A stretch of DNA of 64,000 bases from an uncultured Bacteroidales bacterium (GCA_963800585.1 CAWDBP010000002.1:93002-157001); one strand, 5' to 3'. Numbered from the stretch's first letter, positions 28,681 to 38,153 are shown. A program made the numbers and translations. Notes: generated from the letters alone by a model not told the origin.

Positions 28681-30372
28681 TAATTAGAGTCTGTCTTTAA
28701 ACTCAAATTGTTAATAAATACTGAGGTTTGATAGGATATATGAAGAAAGTTCCCAGTAATTTCGAATCAAAGATAATGAATCTATGAAAATATTCAACGA
28801 TTTGCTTCTGAAGTTCGAAAAGCCTGATTGGTCTGGTAATCCTGAGTTTTGTGTGATTGATACTATTCTGGAATCGCGGCCTGATATCATTTTGATGCTT
28901 AGATCGGACATTATAGGGGATGAGAAAGCTTCAACTTTTGGACGACAAGACACACCCAGTGTTGAACAAATTGCCCGTGCTGCGATTTTCAAAGAAATGC
29001 GTGGGATGGATTACAGGGAACTGGAATACGCTCAAAGCGATTCGAGGATCTGTGAAGCCTTTATAAAACTCGAAGGAAGGGATCCATACAGTTTTCAGTT
29101 GTTTCAAAAATACATTTCCAGGATTAATCCGGAATCTCTTCATCGTTTACTTGTGGAGATCAATAAAATAGCCATAAGCGAAGGATTGGAAGATGTGAAA
29201 AGTGTTTCACAGGATTCTACCGTTGTAAAAACAAATATTCATTATCCTACGAATAACTCCCTTGTCTGGGATTGTATAAAAACGAGCACCCGGTTATTGG
29301 AGCAATTGAAACAAGAGATTGATACACTTGATTTTATTGATTACACGAAATCCGCAAAGAAGACCTTTTATGAAATCAATGTTAATCGCAAAAATAAGGA
29401 TCGGTATGATTTATTTTGTAAGCAGTTGATCCTTTTTACCAAAGTAATCAATCAAACGTCCAACGCGATAAAAAAAAAGTCCACGAGTAGTATCGCCTGG
29501 GGCATTCAGGAAGAACTGACTAAATTGCTGAGCCTGATGGTACAGGTATATAATGTAGCCTATCGCAAGGAAATTAATGGGGAAAAAGTCCCCAGTGAAG
29601 AAAAACTGTTTTCGATTTATGAACAACACACCGACATCATTGTGAAAGGGCAAAGGGAAGTGCTGTTTGGCCATAAAGTAAACCTGGCTGCAGGAAAGAG
29701 CAATCTTGTCCTGGATTGTCAGGTTTTGCAGGGCAACCCGGCGGACAAATCATTGTATAAACAAACCATTGACAGGGTTATTCAAAATTATGAGATCGTT
29801 CCGCGGGACAGTGCTACCGATGGAGGATATGCCTGTTTGGCAAACCTTGAGCATGCCCAGAAAGCGGGCGTTGTAAATATTGTGTTTAATAAGGTTGTTG
29901 GCAGTATGCAGAATATTGTCAGCAGTTTGAACATGGAAACACGTTTGAAGAGATGGCGCAGCGCCATGGAGGCAATAATCTCGAATATTAAGCGTGGCTT
30001 CAATATCCGTACTTGTAGTTGGAAGGGCTGGATTCACTTCCAGGCTAAAGTTCTTTGGAGTGTTTTGGCATATAACTTCAGGGTGATGACCGCCTTAATT
30101 CTTGACCGGCTTAAATCTGATCCTCTGGTCAGCTGATTATCTAAATGACCAGTAAAAACAGGCGTTTTGAATATTTAACCTATAAACAGGATGAAACAGA
30201 TATGCGTGAAATTTCAAAATCCAGTGGATGTTAACAAATTAAGCTGGGTTTTTAACAGGGTTTTGGTCTAAAAACACTGACTAAGGATTTTATTTTGCGA
30301 AAATTCCCTCTGAGCATCAAAAATCAGTCGGTTATCAACAAAATGAGGGACTGTATGGACAGACACTAATTA
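28681..30372 (+). mobile_element. Insertion sequence copy A (1692 bp), DDE transposase of the IS4/IS5 superfamily; family not resolved
   Basis: Its ends are defined by where identity with the inverted copy B stops. The terminal inverted repeats are TAATTAGAGTCTGTC (28681-) and the reverse complement of GACAGACACTAATTA (-30372), a 14/15 match. It carries one 450-aa transposase ORF plus a 236-bp non-coding tail. Confidence 0.85.
28784..30136 (+). CDS. DDE transposase (IS copy A)
   Basis: 450 aa. Candidate DDE residues lie in QDSTVVKTNIHYPTN, SATDGGYA and RSAMEAIISNIKRGF. One residue differs from copy B (S vs I in KKKSTS[S/I]IAWG). Confidence 0.85.
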   Translation: MKIFNDLLLKFEKPDWSGNPEFCVIDTILESRPDIILMLRSDIIGDEKASTFGRQDTPSVEQIARAAIFKEMRGMDYRELEYAQSDSRICEAFIKLEGRDPYSFQLFQKYISRINPESLHRLLVEINKIAISEGLEDVKSVSQDSTVVKTNIHYPTNNSLVWDCIKTSTRLLEQLKQEIDTLDFIDYTKSAKKTFYEINVNRKNKDRYDLFCKQLILFTKVINQTSNAIKKKSTSSIAWGIQEELTKLLSLMVQVYNVAYRKEINGEKVPSEEKLFSIYEQHTDIIVKGQREVLFGHKVNLAAGKSNLVLDCQVLQGNPADKSLYKQTIDRVIQNYEIVPRDSATDGGYACLANLEHAQKAGVVNIVFNKVVGSMQNIVSSLNMETRLKRWRSAMEAIISNIKRGFNIRTCSWKGWIHFQAKVLWSVLAYNFRVMTALILDRLKSDPLVS

Positions 30373-30444
30373 GGTGAACAATATTACGCATAAAATTATT
30401 GTTTATCCAAAAAGTATTATATTTAACTAATTAAATCTATTAAC

Positions 30445-30452
30445 TATTTTTG
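30445..30452 (+). promoter_or_regulatory. Candidate -7 box TATTTTTG upstream of aconitase
   Basis: Exact TAnnTTTG, 28 nt upstream of ATG 30480. It lies between the inner IS end (30372) and the gene. Confidence 0.5.
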
Positions 30453-30479
30453 CAAGATTCATAAGAAAATAAAAGATAT

Positions 30480-32744
30480 ATGTTACTTGATTTAGAGGCA
30501 ATAGAAGAAGTTTACCGGAAAATGTTTTCCGGGGTTAATGCTGCAAGGATACTGCTGAAGAGACCACTTACTCTCACAGAAAAGATACTTTATGGTCATT
30601 TATTTGATCCTCATCCGGAAAAAGCACTTGAACGTGGCGTCGATTATGTGAATTTTCTGCCCGACAGGGTTGCAATGCAGGATGCCACGGCACAAATGGC
30701 ATTGCTGCAATTCATGACGGCTGGCCGCAAGTCAACTGCTGTTCCGGCAACGGTCCATTGCGATCACCTTATTCTTGCTAAAACCGGTGTAAGAAAAGAT
30801 CTTGCTGATTCATTGCTTCAGAACGAAGAGGTCTTTTCCTTCCTGCAAACCGTAAGTGCAAAATACGGCATCGGTTTCTGGAAACCGGGAGCAGGCATTA
30901 TCCACCAGGTTATCATTGAAAATTATGCTTTTCCCGGTGGGATGATGATCGGCACCGATTCACATACACCAAATGCCGGTGGACTCGGAATGGTAGCCAT
31001 TGGTGTTGGTGGTGCTGATGCCGTTGATGTTATGTCGGGCATGCCATTCGAGCTTAAGATGCCTAAGATCCTCGGTATCGAGCTCACGGGGAAACTTAAC
31101 GGTTGGGCCTCTGCAAAAGATGTGATACTGAAGGTTTCAGGGTTGCTGACCGTGAAAGGCGGTACCGGACTCATCATTGAATATTTCGGAGAAGGAGCTA
31201 AAACCATCTCATGCACGGGTAAAGGTACCATCTGTAATATGGGCGCAGAAGTTGGGGCGACATGTTCTTTCTTCGCGTTTGACGACAAGATGAAGGTTTA
31301 TCTTGAACACACCGGAAGAGGTGAAGTGGCTGAACTTGCCTTGAAAAATGAGAACCTGCTTAGCTCTGATGTCGAAGTACTACAAGATCCTTCAAAATAT
31401 TATGATCAATATATAAAGATCAATCTTTCTGAATTAGAACCTTATATAAACGGCCCTTACTCACCTGACGTCGCCCATCCGATCTCAGAATTTTCTGCAT
31501 TTGTCAGGGAAAAGGGATATCCTGAGAAACTCGAGGTTGGTTTGATCGGTTCCTGTACAAATTCTTCCTACGAAGATATCTCAAGAGCTGCATCTATTGC
31601 CAGACAAGCCCTGTCAAAACAATTAAAAGCCAGGTCAGAATTCATCATAACTCCCGGATCTGAACAGATCCGTTTTACCTGCGAACGGGACGGACTATTG
31701 AAGATGTTTACCGATATAGGCGGGATCATTATGGCCAATGCCTGTGGACCCTGTATCGGGCAATGGGCAAGGAATATGGACAACCCTGCCCGGAAAAATT
31801 CAATCCTGAATTCCTATAACCGGAATTTTGCTAAACGTAATGACGGTAATGAAAGTACGCACAGCTTTATTGCTTCTCCCGAGATCGTAATGGCACTGAC
31901 ACTTGCAGGAAACCTTCATTTCAATCCCTTGAAAGATAAACTTGTTAATGAATCAGGGCAGGAAGTATTCCTTGAAGAGCCGGAGGGCATGGAATTGCCG
32001 CCGAAAGGATTTGATGTGAAAGATACAGGCTACATCGCTCCTCCTCAAAATCCGGATGAAATTGCAATCAGGATTAAAAGCGATTCACAGCGATTGCAGT
32101 TGCTTGAACCGTTTGCTCCCTGGAACGGAAAGGACATCACCGGGATGAGGTTGCTTATTAAGGCTAAAGGAAAATGCACTACCGATCATATCTCAATGGC
32201 AGGGCCCTGGCTGAGATTCCGCGGTCATCTTGATAATATCTCTGATAACCTGCTCATGGGAGCCGTTAACTTCTTCAATGAAAAGACGAATGCCGTGAAA
32301 AATGCAGTCTCCGGAGAATATGGTGAAGTATCTAAGACTGCAAGGTATTACAAAAGCAAAGGAATTCCCTCGATGATCGTTGGCGATGAAAATTATGGCG
32401 AAGGATCATCCCGTGAACATGCTGCCATGGAACCCAGGCATCTTGGCGTAAGAGTTGTCCTTGCAAAATCTTTTGCCAGGATCCATGAGACGAACCTGAA
32501 AAAACAAGGCATGCTGGCATTGACCTTCAGCAACCCGGACGATTACAATAAGATCCTTGAGGATGACATCTTTGATCTCACCGGCCTGACTGCTTTTGCA
32601 CCCGGCAAACCTTTGAATCTAAAGATCCATCATGCAGACGGGAGCCTGGAAGAGATCACGCTGTCCCACAGTTACAGCGAGCACCAGATACATTGGTTCA
32701 GGGAAGGAAGCGCACTGAATTCAATGAAAAAAGTTGGGTGTTAG
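30480..32744 (+). CDS. acnA: Aconitate hydratase (mitochondrial-type, ~750 aa)
   Basis: 754 aa with [34 protein letters not shown] and [10 protein letters not shown] motifs. Confidence 0.95.
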   Translation: MLLDLEAIEEVYRKMFSGVNAARILLKRPLTLTEKILYGHLFDPHPEKALERGVDYVNFLPDRVAMQDATAQMALLQFMTAGRKSTAVPATVHCDHLILAKTGVRKDLADSLLQNEEVFSFLQTVSAKYGIGFWKPGAGIIHQVIIENYAFPGGMMIGTDSHTPNAGGLGMVAIGVGGADAVDVMSGMPFELKMPKILGIELTGKLNGWASAKDVILKVSGLLTVKGGTGLIIEYFGEGAKTISCTGKGTICNMGAEVGATCSFFAFDDKMKVYLEHTGRGEVAELALKNENLLSSDVEVLQDPSKYYDQYIKINLSELEPYINGPYSPDVAHPISEFSAFVREKGYPEKLEVGLIGSCTNSSYEDISRAASIARQALSKQLKARSEFIITPGSEQIRFTCERDGLLKMFTDIGGIIMANACGPCIGQWARNMDNPARKNSILNSYNRNFAKRNDGNESTHSFIASPEIVMALTLAGNLHFNPLKDKLVNESGQEVFLEEPEGMELPPKGFDVKDTGYIAPPQNPDEIAIRIKSDSQRLQLLEPFAPWNGKDITGMRLLIKAKGKCTTDHISMAGPWLRFRGHLDNISDNLLMGAVNFFNEKTNAVKNAVSGEYGEVSKTARYYKSKGIPSMIVGDENYGEGSSREHAAMEPRHLGVRVVLAKSFARIHETNLKKQGMLALTFSNPDDYNKILEDDIFDLTGLTAFAPGKPLNLKIHHADGSLEEITLSHSYSEHQIHWFREGSALNSMKKVGC

Positions 32745-32788
32745 GTATTGGGATTTGGTTGTGGGATTGAGATTTGGGAGTGTAGGGG
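32735..32788. repeat. Heptad word array GTTGGGT GTTAGGT ATTGGGA TTTGGTT GTGGGAT TGAGATT TGGGAGT GTAGGGG
   Basis: Read directly. It starts inside the last three codons of aconitase and includes its TAG stop (32742-32744). There is no C on the + strand across the array. Confidence 0.85.
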
Positions 32789-32804
32789 CTCAAAATTTTG
32801 AGCC
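32787..32804 (+). terminator. Possible terminator hairpin after aconitase (perfect 18-nt palindrome GGCTCAAAATTTTGAGCC)
   Basis: Read directly. No strong T-run follows, so termination activity is uncertain. Confidence 0.4.
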
Positions 32805-32892
32805 TGTACTTTGAAATACGTGCATTTGGAATGTTTATTTTTATAATTTTACAGGGAAGATATAAATCGTAAATCTGATAAATAAGACTTTC

Positions 32893-34242
32893 ATGAAAAT
32901 TGATGCAATTATAAAACAGCTCTCTCCTCTGTCTGAGGAATCGTGCAAAATAGAAGAAAAACTTTTTAAGGAATACGATGTAAAACGGGGCCTGCGTAAT
33001 GCAGATCATACAGGCGTTCTTGTGGGCTTGACCAAAGTAGGCAGTGTGGTTGGTTATGAAAAAGTTGATGGTAAGCTGGTAGCAATTGACGGAAAACTGA
33101 TTTACCGTGGTATTGACATCAATGATTTGGTTCATGGGTGCCAGAAGGAGAAAAGGTTTGGTTATGATGAAACTGTATTTCTTTTACTTTTCGGCAGGCT
33201 TCCCGGAAAAGAAGAACTGGAAAAGTTTACGGAGGGTATGGCCGAGTTGCGTTTTCTGCCTGAAAATTTCAACCGGGATATGATCCTTACCATGAAAGGA
33301 AAGGACATCATGAACATGCTTGCCCGTTCGATCCTGGCTTTGTATACGCTGGACGAACATGCAGATGATTTATCGATCGAAAATATTTTGCTGCAATCAA
33401 TCAGCCTGATTGCCAAGTTTCCCACAATTGCAGCCTATTCCTATCATGCAATGCAGCACCTGATCTATTACGACACTCTTACCGTAAGGTATCCTGACAA
33501 AACGCTGAGCACGGCAGAGAATTTCCTATATATGCTTAAAGGAACCGAATATACACCCCTCGAAGCAGAATTGCTTGATCTTTGCCTGATCCTGCATGCA
33601 GAACATGGAGGCGGTAATAATTCCACCTTTACGACGCGTGTGGTCAGTTCAAGTGGAACCGACACCTATTCGGCAATCGTGGCAGCCATCGGATCGCTGA
33701 AAGGTCCTTTGCACGGGGGCGCTAATATTGCTGTGGTTGAGATGATGGCCGACATCAAGAACCACGTCAAAAACTGGTCGAATGATGAAGAATTAGCTGA
33801 TTACCTGCGTAAGATCCTGAATAAGGAAGCTCATGACAGGTCGGGTAAGATCTATGGGTTCGGTCATGCCGTTTATACCGTATCCGACCCAAGGGCTATA
33901 CTCCTGAAAGAAAAAGCACGCTTGTTGTCGAGGGAAAAAGGAAGAGAAGCAGAGATGGGACTGTACGAAGCCATCGAGCGGATAGGCCCGGAAATCTATT
34001 ATGAGTACAAAGACACAAAGGACAAGCTGATCTCCCCGAATGTTGATTTCTATTCCGGTTTTGTTTATGAATGTCTGAAAATCCCCAAGGAACTTTACAC
34101 ACCATTATTCGCCATTTCAAGGATTTCCGGCTGGTGTGCTCACCGGCTTGAGGAATTGATCAGCGGCCGCAGGATTATACGCCCTGCTTACAAGGCGCTG
34201 ACCCCTGATACGAAATATATTCCTATGAAGGATAGGAAATAA
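32893..34242 (+). CDS. gltA: Citrate synthase
   Basis: 449 aa with LILHAEHGGGNNSTF, GPLHGGAN, GFGHAVY and DFYSG motifs. Confidence 0.9.
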   Translation: MKIDAIIKQLSPLSEESCKIEEKLFKEYDVKRGLRNADHTGVLVGLTKVGSVVGYEKVDGKLVAIDGKLIYRGIDINDLVHGCQKEKRFGYDETVFLLLFGRLPGKEELEKFTEGMAELRFLPENFNRDMILTMKGKDIMNMLARSILALYTLDEHADDLSIENILLQSISLIAKFPTIAAYSYHAMQHLIYYDTLTVRYPDKTLSTAENFLYMLKGTEYTPLEAELLDLCLILHAEHGGGNNSTFTTRVVSSSGTDTYSAIVAAIGSLKGPLHGGANIAVVEMMADIKNHVKNWSNDEELADYLRKILNKEAHDRSGKIYGFGHAVYTVSDPRAILLKEKARLLSREKGREAEMGLYEAIERIGPEIYYEYKDTKDKLISPNVDFYSGFVYECLKIPKELYTPLFAISRISGWCAHRLEELISGRRIIRPAYKALTPDTKYIPMKDRK

Positions 34243-34244
34243 GG

Positions 34245-34478
34245 TCAGGGTTTCTCTTCCTTTCCCGGTCCGCGAAGGTGTATGATCAGGCCATTGAGAA
34301 AGTTCCTCAGGAGCTGATCTCCTGCCTCCATATATTTTGGATGACCTTCTTTACGAAAAACAGCGCCCAATTCACTTTTAGTGATCTTAAAATCTTTAAG
34401 ACTGAGAATATGAATAATGTCATCATCCCTCAGGTGGAGCGCTACACGCAGCTTCTTTAAGATATCATTGTTGGTCAT
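34245..34478 (-). CDS. DUF1456 (YehS-like) family protein, single-repeat form
   Basis: 77 aa. NDILKKLRVALHLRDDDIIHIL...SELGAVFRKEGHPKY resembles the DUF1456 repeat. Its start directly abuts the upstream stop (TAAATG). Confidence 0.55.
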   Translation of the reverse strand: MTNNDILKKLRVALHLRDDDIIHILSLKDFKITKSELGAVFRKEGHPKYMEAGDQLLRNFLNGLIIHLRGPGKEEKP

Positions 34479-35437
34479 TTATAATTCTTTAAGTTCTTTT
34501 TCTGCTTCATTGAACTCGTGGATGATCTCTTTAATGATCGCCCCGGCGGATTTGACCTCATACACAAGTGCTGAGGCCTGCCCTATTTCCAGTTCTCCTT
34601 CTTCAATATCGCCTTCAAACATTCCATGCATGGCTCTTCCTTTTCCAAGGATATTTATCAGCTCTTCTGCCGAAGCACCCTGAGCCTCTGCCTCGTGGAT
34701 CTTTTCTGAGAATTTGTTTTTCAGTAACCTTACGGGAACCACCTTCTTCATCACAAGGCTTGTATCGCCATCTTTTGCTTCAAGTATTCTTTTCTTGAAT
34801 TCAGGATGGGCCGACGATTCTTCTGCAACCACGAACCGGGTGCCTATCTGAACCCCTTCTGCGCCAAGTGCAAAGGCGGCCAGCATGCCTCTTCCTGTAG
34901 CAATGCCTCCCGCTGCAATCAATGGTAAGTCTATTGCCTTTCTGATGAGCGGCACCAATGTCAGTGTAGTGGTTTCTTCTTTTCCGTCATGGCCACCTGC
35001 CTCGAAGCCTTCGGCGACAATGGCATCGACACCTGACTCTTTACACTTTTTTGCCGATTTCAGGCTGGCAATTACATGCACTACAATCATTCCCTGTTCC
35101 TTAAGGAACGAAGTCCATGAGGCAGGGTTTCCGGCAGAAGTAAAGATGATCCTGATCTTTTCCCTGATAAGGATATCGAAAATCTCATCCCGTGGGGATA
35201 AAGAAGCGGCACATTAACACCAAAGGGCTGGTCAGTTGCCTCCTTGCATTTTCTGATATGTTGTTCCAGCACCTCAGGGTACATTGAACCTGAGCCAATC
35301 AAACCCAATCCACCGGCATTGCTAACTGCAGAAGCCAATCTCCATCCGCTGCACCAAACCATACCAGCCTGGATTATGGGGTAGCGGATAATTGAACAGA
35401 CGGGTAATACGGTTTTCCCAACTAATAACGCACCCAC
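34479..35437 (-). pseudogene. Nitronate monooxygenase / FabK-like FMN enoyl reductase, frameshifted
   Basis: The N-terminal ORF 35087..35437 carries YPIIQAGMVWCSGWRLASAVSNAGGLGLIGSG...FGVNVPLLYP. It leaves frame at the GGGG run at 35194-35197. The correct continuation, RDEIFDILIREKIRIIFTSAGNPASWTSFLKEQG, joins ORF 34479..35090, which has VAEGFEAGGHDG and PLIAAGGIATGRG. Confidence 0.8.
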
Positions 35438-36710
35438 CCCCTCTCTGAAGGGGGGATGGTAAATAAATTATCCCTGGTGGATAAACGATTGAGACCAGGG
35501 TTTTGTCGTTGCCGCCCATATTAACTGTAATTCCGTAGGGTCTGTCAGGAGAAACTTTTATTTGCGAAGCACCGGCTTTTCCTGTCAGTTGTTCAAGCAT
35601 GGTAACTGCCTGGTGAACGCCAGTGGCGCCGGTTGGATGCCCCCACCCTATCAGTCCGCCGGTAGTATTGATAGGGAATTTCCCATCTCTTGTGGTATTG
35701 CCCTCGAGGATAAAGTCGGGTCCTTTTCCCGGATCAGCTAAACCCATTGCCTCCACTGCCATGACTCCGGCAATGGTGAAACAATCATGGATCTCGGCAG
35801 TCCCGACCTGGTCGATAGTAATCCCTGCAGATTCGAGTGCGGTTTTGACAGCCAAACGGGTTGTGGAAAGTTCAGTCTGCTCGATCGGCTTCTGGGTAAG
35901 ATCTTCTTCAACCTGTCCAAATCCGATGACTTCAATGGCCTGTTCTTTAGGAATACCAACGCGTTTGAGACCTTCTTCAGAGACCACTGCAATGGCTGAA
36001 GCGCCATCCGATACTTTCGAACAATCAAAAACATTGAGGTGATCGACAAAACCCTTTCCGTTAGGTTCCATCATAGCCTGAGCCTCAAGGTCTTTTACAG
36101 TATTATGGAACTCCTGTGCAGTAGGGCAAAGACGTGCATTTTCGATGGCATTCCTGTACCATTTTGCAAAAGCCTTTCTTGTTTTATCCCTGCCATATTT
36201 TTCAAAATAGGCGCCTGCACGGTCGCTGAATTGTCCGGGAAAGAAATAAGCATGGCCATCTTTCCGTTCTTTGAACCAGCCGGCACCTGCCAGGATATCT
36301 GCACCATATATGGCTTTCACAGTATTCTGCACTTCCACACCAATTACAAGCACCACTTCGGCGGTTTCGGCGAGAACGCTTTTTATCCCCGTTACCAGTG
36401 CCAAAGCCCCCGTACCACACGCGCCTTCCACCCGGATAGCCGGTTTGCCCCTTAATCCTTCATCAATATAAGGGAAGAAGCCTGCCAGGTTGGCCTGCTT
36501 ATTGAACCGGGATGCCATGAAATTGCCGATGGCACATTCGTCGACATTCTTTGCTCCCCCGATCATCTTCAGCGTTCCCTGTCCTGCTTCTTTGATATAT
36601 TCCTCGAGACCAGGACGTTCTTTTTTCGGATTGAATTCCTTACGGCCGGTTCCCATTGAAATGGTATTGTAACCGGCAACCATATATACTTTTCTTCTTA
36701 ACTTTTTCAT
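35322..36710 (-). CDS. Thiolase-family protein (SCP-x/acetyl-CoA acetyltransferase-like); the ORF has no stop at the expected end and reads ~60 codons into the next gene
   Basis: RVEGACGTGALAL (active-site Cys context), HDCFTIAG, GHPTGATG, NMGGNDKTLVSIVY. Past about nt 35490 the translation (PPGIIYLPSPLQRGGG...) is no longer thiolase-like. It then contains ENRITRLFN, which belongs to the FabK-like N-terminus. Confidence 0.75.
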   Translation of the reverse strand: MKKLRRKVYMVAGYNTISMGTGRKEFNPKKERPGLEEYIKEAGQGTLKMIGGAKNVDECAIGNFMASRFNKQANLAGFFPYIDEGLRGKPAIRVEGACGTGALALVTGIKSVLAETAEVVLVIGVEVQNTVKAIYGADILAGAGWFKERKDGHAYFFPGQFSDRAGAYFEKYGRDKTRKAFAKWYRNAIENARLCPTAQEFHNTVKDLEAQAMMEPNGKGFVDHLNVFDCSKVSDGASAIAVVSEEGLKRVGIPKEQAIEVIGFGQVEEDLTQKPIEQTELSTTRLAVKTALESAGITIDQVGTAEIHDCFTIAGVMAVEAMGLADPGKGPDFILEGNTTRDGKFPINTTGGLIGWGHPTGATGVHQAVTMLEQLTGKAGASQIKVSPDRPYGITVNMGGNDKTLVSIVYPPGIIYLPSPLQRGGGCVISWENRITRLFNYPLPHNPGWYGLVQRMEIGFCS

Positions 36711-36721
36711 GGTTTTCTCAT

Positions 36722-38056
36722 TTACTTAAGGTAATCATTAATGGGTCCATAGGCATGAAAGAACCCTGTAAGCAACACCGTGTTCACATCCTTCTCGCTA
36801 AAGGCAACCTTGCTCGTGACAAGCTGAATGCCGATTTCACGTGATTTCAGGGCATATGCTTTTGTGAGTTCTGCACCAGGGCTCGTTGCATTTTTTATTG
36901 AGCTGAAATAATCCTTCAGGATCTCTTCTTTTGCGGGATTGTTGACGATGTTCTTCCAGGGTTGAACAGCAGGCATTGGCCCAAGCTTTTCATCCACCTT
37001 TTGTTGAAAATCAGCTATCATCCTATAATCCTTCTTATCCGGGTCATAGACACCAGTAACTTTCCCTTTTTCATATTTCAGGATACCGTCCTTTTGAGAG
37101 CCATCTGAGAACTGTCCACCCCTGACATTCAAAGCAAGCATTTGGTCAAGCAAAGGACAATGCAGAGCTTCTTCCTTCCTATAGGATTGCATTACACTCA
37201 TGATGTAACTGCAGACATCCACACCCACATAATCGATTAGCTGGAAGATCCCCATCGGACGAATAAGATAATCCTGGCTTATGTGGTTCATCGCATAAAC
37301 TGATTCAACAAAACCGAACTCTTTTTGTAGTTTCTCCACTTCACGGGTTGCGTAAAGGATATCGCGCATAAAATGTCCGTTACCTATGAACCCGGCAACA
37401 TCATTAGAGGGAACAACCACTTTCCTCAGGTTCTTTGCATATGTCAATGCAAATTCCTGCACTTCTTTCAGGGTGTTCTTTGAAGCGATCACCTCCACAA
37501 GCTTCTGGACGGCTGGAGGATTATAAAAATGAAACCCGATGATACGATCGCCAAGTTTTGCCTTTTTATCCAGTTCACCTATCGGGATCGAGGACGTGTT
37601 GGTGAAGAACCATGGCTGATGAGGATTGTTCTTATTCAGATAGGATAAGATCTTGACTTTCAGATCCGGATCTTCTTTGATAGCTTCGAAGATGAGGAGC
37701 GATTCGAGGGCCGGCTCCATGCTTGTAGATGGCATGACCAGAGAGATCACATCCGCGACATACTGATCGATGATATCCGAATTCTCGATCAGATTTTTAT
37801 GATCTTGATAAACAGACCTGAGGGCTACAATCTTTTTCTCGGCAGCTTTCAGTACCTGGGCCCGCATGTATTTCATGAGACCTTTAAGCGCTTCGTGAGA
37901 TATATCGATAGCGTGTATCACAAACTTTTTCCCTTTGCCTTCCGGCTTCAGGCTCAGATCAGCCATCTCCAGTGCTGTCAGGAGCAGGATACCGCTGCCC
38001 ATTTTACCGGCAGCTCCCAGCACTGTAACGTTTTGCAATCTTTCTTCGTAAGTCAT
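36722..38056 (-). CDS. 3-hydroxyacyl-CoA dehydrogenase family protein (long form, 444 aa)
   Basis: Rossmann motif VTVLGAAGKMGSGI plus GFHFYNPPAVQKLVEV and GFIGNGHF motifs of the 3HCDH family. Confidence 0.8.
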   Translation of the reverse strand: MTYEERLQNVTVLGAAGKMGSGILLLTALEMADLSLKPEGKGKKFVIHAIDISHEALKGLMKYMRAQVLKAAEKKIVALRSVYQDHKNLIENSDIIDQYVADVISLVMPSTSMEPALESLLIFEAIKEDPDLKVKILSYLNKNNPHQPWFFTNTSSIPIGELDKKAKLGDRIIGFHFYNPPAVQKLVEVIASKNTLKEVQEFALTYAKNLRKVVVPSNDVAGFIGNGHFMRDILYATREVEKLQKEFGFVESVYAMNHISQDYLIRPMGIFQLIDYVGVDVCSYIMSVMQSYRKEEALHCPLLDQMLALNVRGGQFSDGSQKDGILKYEKGKVTGVYDPDKKDYRMIADFQQKVDEKLGPMPAVQPWKNIVNNPAKEEILKDYFSSIKNATSPGAELTKAYALKSREIGIQLVTSKVAFSEKDVNTVLLTGFFHAYGPINDYLK

Positions 38057-38062
38057 TTGTTT

Positions 38063-38132
38063 GGTGTTAGGTATTGGGTGTTGGGTATTAGGTTTTGGGT
38101 ATTGGGTGTGGGTTTCGGGTGAATGGGTGTAA
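38063..38132. repeat. Ten-unit heptad array GGTGTTA GGTATTG GGTGTTG GGTATTA GGTTTTG GGTATTG GGTGTGG GTTTCGG GTGAATG GGTGTAA
   Basis: Read directly. It fills the crotonase-HBD intergenic spacer and has only one C in 70 nt on the + strand. Confidence 0.9.
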
Positions 38133-38153
38133 GATACTGAGTAACCATTACAA

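Noticed and set aside
28711-28992. A 93-aa ORF antisense to the 5' end of the IS transposase. It is present in both IS copies (also 40538-40819), alongside several other 70-95-aa antisense ORFs within the IS.
   Set aside because: They are duplicated only because the whole IS is duplicated. They lie antisense or out of frame to a well-supported transposase gene, have no recognisable motifs, and differ between copies at non-synonymous sites. I treat them as spurious.
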